Source: Candidatus Thorarchaeota archaeon
Lineage (GTDB): Archaea; Asgardarchaeota; Thorarchaeia; Thorarchaeales; Thorarchaeaceae
Length of the DNA: 64,000 nucleotides
Assembly (NCBI GenBank): GCA_003345595.1
Contig: PRDI01000075.1
Span: 1-64,000, forward strand
Direction of reading: 5' to 3'
Position 1 is the stretch's first letter. Each line of letters starts with the position of its first letter. The notes beneath the pieces are model-generated. The model saw nothing but the letters and a program-made list of their open reading frames with translations. It ran no database searches and was not told where the DNA came from. Positions 27,074 to 36,328 of the stretch are shown piece by piece. Both the position numbers and the translations under genes were made by a program.

Positions 27074-28998
27074 TTTGAGAAGAAGGCTGCCACCTGCTCT
27101 GCTACCGCAGAGGGGTCGTCCGGCATTGTTCTTGTCACTTTGTCCAACCATGACGGCATGAATCTGCGAAGGTAGCGTGTCGCAAAGCGCTTGTCCAAAA
27201 AGACAATCACTCCTCGGTCAGATGGTCTTCGAACAGGTCTGCCGGCCGCTTGAATGGCCCTTGTCATTGAGGGCAGGACGTAAGCGTATTGTCTTCCTCT
27301 GCCGTTGAAGCGTCTGTCAAAGTACTCTATTAGTGCTTCAGTGCGGGGTGTCGGTTTTGCATAGGGTACTCCAACAACTACAACGCTCTCCATGGCCGGG
27401 CCGGGGAAATCGCCCCCTTCAGAGTTGCGACCACCCTGTACACCGAGAAGCACAGCTCCCCCTTTGTCACCTCTGCTCTTGAAATCCTCAATCATTATGT
27501 CGTTCTCACTTGTCTTCATTCCCTGCCTCTCAACAAACAGTCTTCTATTCAGCTTCTTCTCAAGACCTGCCTTGAGCAGTGACTCGGCGATGGAGTAGCT
27601 CGATGCAAAAACCCCCGTGTTGCCGGGTGTAGCATTCACAACCGCTACACAATGCTCTACCATGTGTTGAAACAGTGTTTCATTTCTGCCTTCATAGGAA
27701 GTGTCCAGTCCCTCGACAATGATTCCGAGCCTGCTCTCAGCTCCAAAGGGACTTTGAAAGGCGACTTTCACAGTTTCGGGTCCAAGACCAAGCATGTCGG
27801 TATACGCATCAAGAGGTGACAACGTGCCTGAAACTGCAACGGAGCTGTGAACAAGCTTCAAGATAGGACTGGTGACACTGGTTGGGTCAAGAGCCAAGAG
27901 GTCGAGTGAAACCTTCCTGCTATCCCCCGTGCCCCGCTCAGATGCGATTATGAATGCATAGTCGTCACGTTCAGCGCATCGCAGCCATTTGCCGAGGAAC
28001 TCTGCCACTCGGTGAATTGCTGAACGCGGGAGCTTCCCTGCTCTCAGCAACCCCTTCTTGATCTTCAATCCGGTTTCAGCCATATGGGAGACGATTTGAG
28101 TTTCACCAGCCAGCTCCGACGCCTTCACAGCGGCATTGTAGATGTCTGTAGGTTTGATAGTTCTCTCTTCGTTCTCTTCCATCCCGCTCGATATCTCAAG
28201 GATCACCTTTGCCAGCCCACGACAGAAGACTCTTGAAACAGGGTCGCTGTACGTTTCGGCCTCCTTCATTGCCTGTCTTACTGTACCCACTGGAAGTGAG
28301 TCACTTGCTGAGTCGAGTGCCGTGAAAGGGACGTTGTGTGCTTCGTCTTCAATCAAGACAACTTTCGACATCGGCACCCCAAGATCAGGCATGAATGATT
28401 CGAATATGAACGGATCAAAGACGTAGAGATATGACAGGGCCACGACATCGGCGCCCCTTGCAAGTGACTTCGCCATTTCGTATGGGCAGACTGACCATCC
28501 CTTTGCTATCCCAACCACATCGGATGCAGTGAGAATCCTTTTTGGCATGTCCTCGAATGGGTCGTCTGATGCGATCAGTTTCTTCATGTGTTCGTGATAC
28601 GCGCATTTTCCAGTCGCTTTGAGCTGTCCACAGACCTCACTCAAGGGTGCTACGAAGTCTGCATTCTCAAGCACAAACTGGTTCAGGCACATGTGCTGTC
28701 GTCCTCTGAAGGAGATGCCAGTCACATCATGGCGACCAGATATTGCATCCAGCTCCTCCATCACCCGGTCCAGTTGCCTGTGTGTACGGGCACAGTATAG
28801 CATTTTGGCCTTGTTCTCTTTGACCCAAGGCAGAACGCTACACAGTGTCACACATGTCTTTCCGAATCCATTGGGTGCTTCGCAGCATATGTTCTTTCCC
28901 GCTCTGACAGAGCTCTCTATCACCTGCATCATCTCCTCCTGCCCTTTCCGCTTCTCTGGGTATGGAAAGAAACTCATGTAGGAGAGGATGTCGCTCAT
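27070..28998 (-). CDS. xpd: XPD/Rad3 Fe-S helicase
   Basis: APNGFGKT, RTHRQL, Fe-S cysteines, DEAHN, SGTLSP, QAAGRPVR. Confidence 0.93.
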   Translation of the reverse strand: MSDILSYMSFFPYPEKRKGQEEMMQVIESSVRAGKNICCEAPNGFGKTCVTLCSVLPWVKENKAKMLYCARTHRQLDRVMEELDAISGRHDVTGISFRGRQHMCLNQFVLENADFVAPLSEVCGQLKATGKCAYHEHMKKLIASDDPFEDMPKRILTASDVVGIAKGWSVCPYEMAKSLARGADVVALSYLYVFDPFIFESFMPDLGVPMSKVVLIEDEAHNVPFTALDSASDSLPVGTVRQAMKEAETYSDPVSRVFCRGLAKVILEISSGMEENEERTIKPTDIYNAAVKASELAGETQIVSHMAETGLKIKKGLLRAGKLPRSAIHRVAEFLGKWLRCAERDDYAFIIASERGTGDSRKVSLDLLALDPTSVTSPILKLVHSSVAVSGTLSPLDAYTDMLGLGPETVKVAFQSPFGAESRLGIIVEGLDTSYEGRNETLFQHMVEHCVAVVNATPGNTGVFASSYSIAESLLKAGLEKKLNRRLFVERQGMKTSENDIMIEDFKSRGDKGGAVLLGVQGGRNSEGGDFPGPAMESVVVVGVPYAKPTPRTEALIEYFDRRFNGRGRQYAYVLPSMTRAIQAAGRPVRRPSDRGVIVFLDKRFATRYLRRFMPSWLDKVTRTMPDDPSAVAEQVAAFFSN

Positions 28999-29138
28999 GG
29001 GAGTCGGTTTTCAGTGATTGGTTGACGACTGATAATGATGTTGTTTGCTATTGCCAAAAGCCCGGTTGAGGTATTGTATCGTGGGCCATTCGGCATTGAT
29101 TTATCGTCGACCTGTTGTCCATCTAGCCGGGGCTACGA

Positions 29139-29483
29139 ATGGAATCAGGCGAGATTCAGGACTTTGAAAGCGAAACAGAACGTGCTCGGCTGAAAGTGCG
29201 AGTCATGCATCTTGAAAACGGGCTCTTGATTCTAATCTCAGATTCAGAGCGGTTTCGCTTGGGCCTCTCGGCTGTAGCAGTCCCAGGTGGATCTGGTAGA
29301 CCGGAGCCCAGTTCCACAGGGTTCCTGTCTGTCGGAGAGGAGGCTGTACAAGTGCGCATTCTGGCCGAAACTGTTGCGAAACGTACAGGCCAGATGTGCA
29401 TGGTGGTAGTCGCTGTCAAAGAGCTAAGCCGTGCCTTCCTGATGGACATCACTAGGACTCTGAGGGAACATGTCCCGAAGTGA
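29139..29483 (+). CDS. Proteasome assembly chaperone PAC4(PSMG4)/PAC3-like protein
   Basis: VMHLENGLLILI..L..AVAVP..PSST..L…LAE.VAKRTGQ...V resembles recalled PSMG4. Confidence 0.6.
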   Translation: MESGEIQDFESETERARLKVRVMHLENGLLILISDSERFRLGLSAVAVPGGSGRPEPSSTGFLSVGEEAVQVRILAETVAKRTGQMCMVVVAVKELSRAFLMDITRTLREHVPK

Positions 29484-29682
29484 CGTAGTCAATCACTTCC
29501 TGAACCCACGGTCCGAGTCCCTCGACGTGGCGTAGTGCGGCAAGATAGTCCATCCAGCCAATCTCCAGCGCTCTCTTCCATCTGTCAAATGCGATGTGTA
29601 GTCTGTCAAGGGCCTCTCGGTGAAATCTGCATAGCTCGCTGTTGTCTACCGATTCACGGCCGCAGAGTGGGCAGTCTGTCAG
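29452..29682 (-). CDS. Unannotated 76-aa CxxC..CxxH zinc-finger protein downstream of topA; CTG start
   Basis: (M)TDCPLCGRESVDNSELCRFHREAL…WKRALEIGWMDYL…GPWVQEV; SD GGAGGTGA; CTGA overlap with the topA stop; in-frame stop 3 codons upstream. Confidence 0.8.
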   Translation of the reverse strand: MTDCPLCGRESVDNSELCRFHREALDRLHIAFDRWKRALEIGWMDYLAALRHVEGLGPWVQEVIDYVTSGHVPSES

Positions 29683-31814
29683 AGTTCGTCACCTCCATAG
29701 GATTGGTCCTTAGTTTCTCTGTCAGTCCTTCGTTTCTCGAGGAGTTCAAGGTCCTGTTGGCGGCCTGGGCACTTTGTCCAATTCAGACATGTTTCCCACG
29801 CCCTCTTCCCGGACTGAATCTTGATCATGCGATGTCCGCAATGAGGGCAGATCCTGTCCAGGGGCATCAGCTTGCCTTTCTGCGGCAAAGGAAAGGTCAC
29901 GTTACACGTTCCCCTCTTATAGTTCGAACACCCCACAAACCTCTTTCGGGTCTTTGGTGAGTAAACGACAACTAGAGTTCCATCAGCGCAACTGGGACAA
30001 GGCCCTATTTCCTGCTCCTCTCTCCAGTACCTTCGCAGTCCCTTCGCTAGGGCTTGGCCTATGTCTTCCTCCTGCGATTTGAAGTCCTGCAGTAGTTTCG
30101 CGAGCTCAGTCTTAGCGTCAGAAAGCACGCTTTCTCTTTGCCCAACGCCTTGCTGAATCTCCTCCATCTTCAGTTCGAGCCGGCGTGTCATATCAGCGGA
30201 CAACATGTCGGGCACGTGTAGTTGGAGAGTTTCAAAGGCCGCATAGCCCAGCGCGGAGAGTTCAAACCGACCGCCGAGCGTGTACCCTCTAGAGTTGATG
30301 GAGTCGATAATCCCGGCACGAGTGGATTTTGTACCCAAGTTCTCCTTCTCCAGTAATTTCAGTAGACTGGATGGATTGAAACGAGCAGGGGGCGGCGTAT
30401 ACTTCTCATCAGCATGAACCGACGTTAGGTCAATCAAATCGCCTTCGCTGAGCGGGGGCATTGCTTTCTCGTTCGTAATAGCATAGGGGCCGTAGAAGCT
30501 AGTCCATCCAGCCTCGAGGACTCCCAAGCTCCTCAGGTAGAAGAGGTGTCCATCGCATCTGATGTCGGCTCTCACGACTTGTTTCACAGCAGGCTCTCCG
30601 AACAAAGCGAGGAACCTGCGCACCACCAAGTCATACACCTTCTCTTCGTTTGCTGCCAGCTTCTTAGTGGGTAGATTTCCCGTCGGCAGTATCGCGGGAT
30701 GTGCTGGGTCTTCCATCTCACCCTGCACTGGTACCAAGCTCTTGCGCTGAAGAAGACGTCCAACAAGTGGAATGTACTTGCTCATCTTTCCAATGTCTTC
30801 GAGCGTCTGTCTGATATTCAGAGCAGATGGCACCTTTTGGCTGTTAGTCCTAGGATATGTGATGAGAGCATCAAGATACAATCCCTGTGCAATCTGCAGG
30901 GTTCGGCTTGGTCGGAGTTCGAAATGCCTGTACGCCTCCGCCTGGAGGTCACTGAGATTGAAGGGGGGCGGGGGGTTCTGTGAGAAGGTTCTGCTTGTGA
31001 TCGAGCTCACGCGACCAGTTCGACCAAGCAGACTCTTTACCAGGATGTCTGCTTGTGTCTTTGTTTCAATCCTTCTCTTGCTGTACTCCAGACTTATTTG
31101 CTGTCCATCTAGAACCGCTGTAGTAGACAAGGTCCAGAACGGTATCGGTACAAAGAGATTGATCTGCTGATCGCGTTCCGCCACAAATGCTAGTGTGGGA
31201 CCTTGAACTCTTCCTGTCGAAACAATCCTGAACAGTCCTGTTGCGTTCTTTATGGCGAGCGTGAGCGCGCGTGTGAGATTGATGCCATACAGCCAGTCCA
31301 CTTCATGTCTCACGCAGCCTGACTTGATCATAGGAAAATCGAGAGTCGGCATCAGGGTTTCATAGGCTCTCTGCAATTCTGGTTTAGTCAGGGACGAGAA
31401 GGCCATCCTCTGTGCTCTTGAGGGGTCGATACCACAGACATGTTTGACAATCAAGTAGCCAATCAGACTTCCTTCGATATCGTAGTCCGTGGCCACAACA
31501 AACTTGTCAGCATCCACAGAGAGGCGTCTTATCAGTTCGATGACCGGCTTGGTGTTGCCTGCGTTCCTTTCGACTTCATATTTGGGTGCCCACTCTGTAT
31601 CGAGTCGTGGATACGTCCATCCTCTCTCAGTCTGCCGAAGCTCATACAGATGTCCAAGAGCGTAGACAACGGTGAGAGAGTCACCCCGGCATTTGCACTC
31701 ATAGTATGAGGCTTTTCCACTCTTGACTTCATGGGAGCCAGAGTGATCATCGAGTGCCTCAGCTATTCTCTTAGCCGCATTTGGTTTTTCCGAGATCACA
31801 AGGACCCGGGACAG
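29679..31814 (-). CDS. topA: Type IA DNA topoisomerase with C-terminal zinc ribbons
   Basis: ISEKP, ATDYDIEG, STGRVQGPTL, ITYPRT, GTKSTR; probable CTG start at 31814 (ORF track start 31868). Confidence 0.95.
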   Translation of the reverse strand: MSRVLVISEKPNAAKRIAEALDDHSGSHEVKSGKASYYECKCRGDSLTVVYALGHLYELRQTERGWTYPRLDTEWAPKYEVERNAGNTKPVIELIRRLSVDADKFVVATDYDIEGSLIGYLIVKHVCGIDPSRAQRMAFSSLTKPELQRAYETLMPTLDFPMIKSGCVRHEVDWLYGINLTRALTLAIKNATGLFRIVSTGRVQGPTLAFVAERDQQINLFVPIPFWTLSTTAVLDGQQISLEYSKRRIETKTQADILVKSLLGRTGRVSSITSRTFSQNPPPPFNLSDLQAEAYRHFELRPSRTLQIAQGLYLDALITYPRTNSQKVPSALNIRQTLEDIGKMSKYIPLVGRLLQRKSLVPVQGEMEDPAHPAILPTGNLPTKKLAANEEKVYDLVVRRFLALFGEPAVKQVVRADIRCDGHLFYLRSLGVLEAGWTSFYGPYAITNEKAMPPLSEGDLIDLTSVHADEKYTPPPARFNPSSLLKLLEKENLGTKSTRAGIIDSINSRGYTLGGRFELSALGYAAFETLQLHVPDMLSADMTRRLELKMEEIQQGVGQRESVLSDAKTELAKLLQDFKSQEEDIGQALAKGLRRYWREEQEIGPCPSCADGTLVVVYSPKTRKRFVGCSNYKRGTCNVTFPLPQKGKLMPLDRICPHCGHRMIKIQSGKRAWETCLNWTKCPGRQQDLELLEKRRTDRETKDQSYGGDEL

Positions 31815-31962
31815 TTCTATTCGCCTCTGGTTCTCTTGCTGTCGTCGATACTCGCGTGTTTTTAACAATGACTCTGTGCCACGCTTATGTCATGGTACAG
31901 GCCTACATCTCACGATATTTTTAAAAGCAGACCTACCGACCTCGCTCGCTGAGGTTTGCCAG

Positions 31963-32376
31963 TTGCCTGTATGGTGGCCGCGATTCATAATTAAGCCGCA
32001 AGTACGACTCACGAGGCCCCGTTTTGGAATGCCTGCACGTCCTCCCGACATAGTCCTCTTTGGAGGCCTGTTGCTGGTGGTCCTGTTTATTATGGGTGGC
32101 AACATTTACACGCTAGTCAAGACCCCACCCGCGATTGCTGCTGACTCATCAGGAAATCCAATCCTTATTGCGCCAGGTATTGATGTCCAGCTTGGACTGG
32201 AGGGGATTGTGGCCTCGGTCGTCATTTTCATAGGAACTGTTGGTGTTGGTCTCGTCTATCTGTCCTCAAAGTATGTTTTCCAGCCCGGCTACGCAACACG
32301 TCTGATGGTTCTTGGTGCAATACTTGCAGGGGGCGCATTCTTAGTCATAAGCTACCTCTATGGTCTTAAGACGTAG
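31963..32376 (+). CDS. OSTC/DC2 (OST3/OST6 family) oligosaccharyltransferase subunit homolog
   Basis: P..RL.RP, LFIMGGNIY.LV..PP.I, Q.G.EG..AS; three TM helices; TTG start with SD GAGGT. Confidence 0.85.
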   Translation: MPVWWPRFIIKPQVRLTRPRFGMPARPPDIVLFGGLLLVVLFIMGGNIYTLVKTPPAIAADSSGNPILIAPGIDVQLGLEGIVASVVIFIGTVGVGLVYLSSKYVFQPGYATRLMVLGAILAGGAFLVISYLYGLKT

Positions 32377-32468
32377 GGGACGCGGCAGGTCCGCAGAACG
32401 TGCCGGCAGCGCTCCAGTCAGACAGAGCACGAAGAAAGAGAATTTCCATTTGCCCCATAACGAGTCAC

Positions 32469-33182
32469 TCATCTGAGCTGAGTATAGGGCACATTAGTTT
32501 CTGCAAGCAGAGCCGAAACAAGTTCTTTGGCAATCTCAAGCTTAATCTTCTTCCTGTCATCCGCCTGATAATGAAACGCCCTGTCCGGTTTTGACCAGCG
32601 TCCAACCACGGTTCCGAAATCCATTCCCGCAAGGACTATGTGTCTTGGCACGTAGTGCAGCGCAATGTGACACGCCCTGTCTCCATCAGTGAACCCACCC
32701 CAGAGAAACGCTCTGTCAGTAGGCTCTACCTGAGTGCTCCCGAGTGCCTCCTTCAGTGTGGGAACGAACTGCTTGACTCTGTCCATGTTGTCGCCATGCG
32801 CGTGTACTATTGGTAATGCTCCGTTCTTTATGACACGCTCCAAATCCCCTCTGTTTCCATCGAGGTCTGTCACAAGCACATCACAGTGTCGATCCTGTTC
32901 TAAGAATGCAGTGGCTGCACCGTCAGCAGCGATATAAGCGGCGTCTTTGAGCTCTGCCATCTGAGCGGTTTCTCTGAGATGCCGTTCGAGAGAGGGTCCT
33001 GCCCCACAGACAACGACTTCATGATTGTAGATTCGGTTTCTGAGGCGAAACAGGATTGGGGCGGGGTCTATGCCTCTGAGTAACGACGTGAGCAGAACAG
33101 TTGCATTTCTGTCGGCCTCAACACTCAGTGCCAGTCTTCCGACTATGTCAAGATAGACTGGCTGCCAAGAGCTCCACTCCAT
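32469..33182 (-). CDS. mptE: 6-hydroxymethyl-7,8-dihydropterin pyrophosphokinase (archaeal type)
   Basis: GAGPSL, AADGA, VTDLDG, HAHGDN, GGFTDGDRA. Confidence 0.9.
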   Translation of the reverse strand: MEWSSWQPVYLDIVGRLALSVEADRNATVLLTSLLRGIDPAPILFRLRNRIYNHEVVVCGAGPSLERHLRETAQMAELKDAAYIAADGAATAFLEQDRHCDVLVTDLDGNRGDLERVIKNGALPIVHAHGDNMDRVKQFVPTLKEALGSTQVEPTDRAFLWGGFTDGDRACHIALHYVPRHIVLAGMDFGTVVGRWSKPDRAFHYQADDRKKIKLEIAKELVSALLAETNVPYTQLR

Positions 33183-33188
33183 GACAAA

Positions 33189-34403
33189 TCACCCGACTTG
33201 ACGACTGCGGTCGGCCATTAGTGACTGTATTCCCTTGGCGATATCTATGAGTCGAAAGTACTGCATCTTGGATATCCTCTTTGTCATTCTTCCAAGCTGA
33301 AGAGGTGTTCCCATTATCAGGATGTCCGTGTGATCAGTGCGATGATCTATGACATCGTGATGATAGGCTGCATCTCCTCCAACCGCTAGCATCTCCTGCT
33401 TGATTATGAGCGCCGCGGAGGTCGGAGCCTCCCTGATCCGGAAGCTGAGCATGACTGCCTTTTCAGCCAATGGATGAACGATTTCTGCATCTGCACCCAG
33501 TTGCTCGATCACGAGTGCAGCCTCTCTCTCATTAGAGAGATCCATTAGCTCAATGTTATCTCTTGTCATCAATGAGGAGTGCCTGAGAGCACGTCCGATT
33601 ATCGCCGCCATACGAGCTTCTTCCACGTCGTGCGCGCGAATCATGTCCGCACCGTTTGCGACTGCCAGGGATGTGGCAGCAATTGTGCCAACGATACGCG
33701 CCGCCGGGTCGGGTTGGCCAAGCAGTTGGCCTATGAACGCCTTTCTCGACACTCCCACAAGGAGTGGACGTTCCAATAATGTGAACCGCCTGAGGTTTCT
33801 AATAATCGACAAATCAACGTCAGTAGGTTTTCCGAAGCCAATACCCGGGTCCACGACAATCCGTTCATATCCAATCCCCTCCTCAATTGCTTTCTTCATG
33901 CTTGTCTTGAGTGTGTCCAGTGTTGCATCCAGACCTAGACACGGTTCTCCACAGTCCGCCATCAGTATGATTGGCACATCTGCATCTGCGACCAGCTTTC
34001 CCATTTTGTTGTCCGTACGAAGGCCTGAAACATCGTTGACAAGGGCTGCGCCAAGGTCCAGTGCCGCATGTGCAACAGTGGCGGAAGTCGTGTCGATAGA
34101 TACCGGAAGATGTGTGTTGTCAACGATTGATTTGAACGCCTCTGAAACTCTTGTCAGCTCCTGATCCGCACCTACTCTAGTTGTACCGTAGATGCTCTTT
34201 GGCGCACTGGAAGCGGCGCCCACATCGATGATGTCTGCACCTTCCCGTTCTATCTCCTGAACTTGTCGAACTATCTCGTCCCTTGAGGTCGCCACAGATC
34301 CGCCATAGAACGACTCAGGAGAGAGATTGATTACACCCATGACCCTGGTTGGGTTTTCGCGTCCAACCTTGAGTCCGTCGATGTCGGTTTCGCAAAGGCC
34401 CAT
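33189..34403 (-). CDS. folP: Dihydropteroate synthase with extra C-terminal domain
   Basis: MGVINLSPESF, SIDT, NDVSG, DPGIGF, GVSRK, RAHDV; tail IIKQEML..GGDAA. Confidence 0.88.
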   Translation of the reverse strand: MGLCETDIDGLKVGRENPTRVMGVINLSPESFYGGSVATSRDEIVRQVQEIEREGADIIDVGAASSAPKSIYGTTRVGADQELTRVSEAFKSIVDNTHLPVSIDTTSATVAHAALDLGAALVNDVSGLRTDNKMGKLVADADVPIILMADCGEPCLGLDATLDTLKTSMKKAIEEGIGYERIVVDPGIGFGKPTDVDLSIIRNLRRFTLLERPLLVGVSRKAFIGQLLGQPDPAARIVGTIAATSLAVANGADMIRAHDVEEARMAAIIGRALRHSSLMTRDNIELMDLSNEREAALVIEQLGADAEIVHPLAEKAVMLSFRIREAPTSAALIIKQEMLAVGGDAAYHHDVIDHRTDHTDILIMGTPLQLGRMTKRISKMQYFRLIDIAKGIQSLMADRSRQVG

Positions 34404-34491
34404 GACTGGCTTTCCTCGGCTAGCCGATAGTATGGAAGAAGATAAAACCTAGGGGATGCGACAACCCCAACACCTGAGGCGGTGAACGGAG

Positions 34492-35637
34492 ATGAGCGAA
34501 AACCTAGGCAGAACACACCTCTACGATTGGCACAAGTCACACGGAGATGTAATCCCATTTGCAGGCTGGGAGATGCCCGTTCGATACACGGACATCCGTG
34601 AGGAGCATATGGCTGTAAGAAAGTCCGTTGGCATATTCGACACCACACATATGTTTCGCTTTCTCATAAGTGGTCCTCAAGCACCCGATTTGCTGCAGAC
34701 TGTCACTACAAACAGCATCTCCAAACTGGGGATGAATGAAGGGCACTACTCGACTTGTCTTAATGAAAAGGCAGGGATTCATGACGACCTCATGATATAC
34801 AGAATTGGTGAGCAGAAGTACATCTGGATAACTAACGCATCAAATGGTCCAAAGATCAAGGCGCACCTAGCAGCACATGCCAAGCAGTTCAAGGTCAGTG
34901 TCGAGGACAAGTCACGAGACATTGTGATGATAGCAGTACAGGGACCACAGGCATTGACGCTGCTATCAAAGATGGCTGGAGAGGACCTCAGAAAGCTTGC
35001 CCGGTTTAGCTGTAATCCCATTAGGTTTGCGGGTCGCGACTGTTACTTATGTCGTACGGGCTATACAGGAGAGGAAGGCGGAGAGATACTGCTACTGGAC
35101 ACGCCGTTTAGTGAGGCTGGAAAGAAGAAGGCTATCTCATTCTGGGAAGAGATACTCAGACAGGGAAAGGACCTTGATGTGAAGCCCTGCGGGCTCGGCG
35201 CCAGAGACTCGACAAGACTTGAGGCCGGATTCGTACTTTACGGACACGAGCTCAACGAGGAGATTACTCCACTTGAGGCTCGGATTTCCTATGCAGTCAA
35301 GTTCAAGGTCGAGCCGCACTACATAGGCTACGATGCACTGCTGAAGCAGAAGCAGGAGGGTGTCACTAGAACACGTATTGGACTGCTGATGATAGACAAA
35401 GGTGTTCCACGTGAGCAATACCCCATCATGCTTGGCAACCAGCAGATAGGGGCCGTGACAAGCGGCGGCATGTCGCCTGTGCTCGACTGTGGTATTGCGT
35501 TGGCCCTCGTCAAAGCCGATGCCGTGAAGGAAGGTGACACTGTTGAAGTGGACATAAAGGGGCGACTACGAAAGGCCCGAGTGACAGGCTGGCCCTTTTA
35601 CAATCCTGACGAGTACGGGGAGAACAGAACCCATTGA
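34492..35637 (+). CDS. gcvT: Glycine cleavage system T protein
   Basis: FAGWEMP, RTGYTGE.G.E, GLGARDSTRLEAG. Confidence 0.95.
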   Translation: MSENLGRTHLYDWHKSHGDVIPFAGWEMPVRYTDIREEHMAVRKSVGIFDTTHMFRFLISGPQAPDLLQTVTTNSISKLGMNEGHYSTCLNEKAGIHDDLMIYRIGEQKYIWITNASNGPKIKAHLAAHAKQFKVSVEDKSRDIVMIAVQGPQALTLLSKMAGEDLRKLARFSCNPIRFAGRDCYLCRTGYTGEEGGEILLLDTPFSEAGKKKAISFWEEILRQGKDLDVKPCGLGARDSTRLEAGFVLYGHELNEEITPLEARISYAVKFKVEPHYIGYDALLKQKQEGVTRTRIGLLMIDKGVPREQYPIMLGNQQIGAVTSGGMSPVLDCGIALALVKADAVKEGDTVEVDIKGRLRKARVTGWPFYNPDEYGENRTH

Positions 35638-35694
35638 TACACAAATTAATTAAAGGGTTCTCGTTCCCACAGCAGGAACAGAAGGTGCGCGTAG

Positions 35695-36108
35695 ATGTCG
35701 AAAGGCACTTCCAAGGCAACCAAAGTCATCGATGGTCTATACTACACGAAGGAACACGAATGGGCTAGGGTTGAGGGCGACCTAGTAGTAGTTGGAATCA
35801 CCGACTATGCTCAGCACGCTCTCCACGAGATTACCTTTGTTGAGATCATGCAGTCCGGCACAACTCTCAACGCCGGCGAGGAATGTGGCCTCGTTGAGTC
35901 GATGAAAGCCTCTTCGGATGTCTTCTCGCCAGTTTCTGGTCAGATAGTTGAGGTCAATACGTCGCTCGAAGACTCTCCTGAAACTGTGAACGAGGATCCG
36001 TACGGAAAAGGTTGGATGTACAAGATACGCCCCTCGAATCTCAAGGCGGACCTGAAGAAGCTCATGGACAGCAAGGCCTATGCCTCCTTTGTCGCTTCCA
36101 AGACTTAG
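35695..36108 (+). CDS. gcvH: Glycine cleavage system H protein
   Basis: HEW, GITDYAQ, VESMKA (lipoyl-Lys), N.DPYG.GW. Confidence 0.96.
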   Translation: MSKGTSKATKVIDGLYYTKEHEWARVEGDLVVVGITDYAQHALHEITFVEIMQSGTTLNAGEECGLVESMKASSDVFSPVSGQIVEVNTSLEDSPETVNEDPYGKGWMYKIRPSNLKADLKKLMDSKAYASFVASKT

Positions 36109-36328
36109 GCAGAGAGTCAGTGCCGCATCGGCAGGGAGAGTCTGCCTTCAGAGGTAGAAGGTCTCGTGACCCGGTAAGTCCTTTGGATGTTGACTGAAGA
36201 CTCTTGCATCCGATTCCAAGTTGTCGTATGGATGACTGGAGCCGTACAATCGATTTACGAACAGCAACCTTTTTAGCGTATCCAAGAATCGCTCGGCCGG
36301 ATGCGCCCTTAATCGGAGACGTCACTCT

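Noticed and set aside
36130-36185. GGGAGAG…GAAGG next to gcvH suggested a glycine riboswitch; GAA bulge suggested a SECIS
   Set aside because: Lies downstream of gcvTH, lacks the CCGAAG and CUCUCAGG cores, and neighbouring genes have no in-frame UGA
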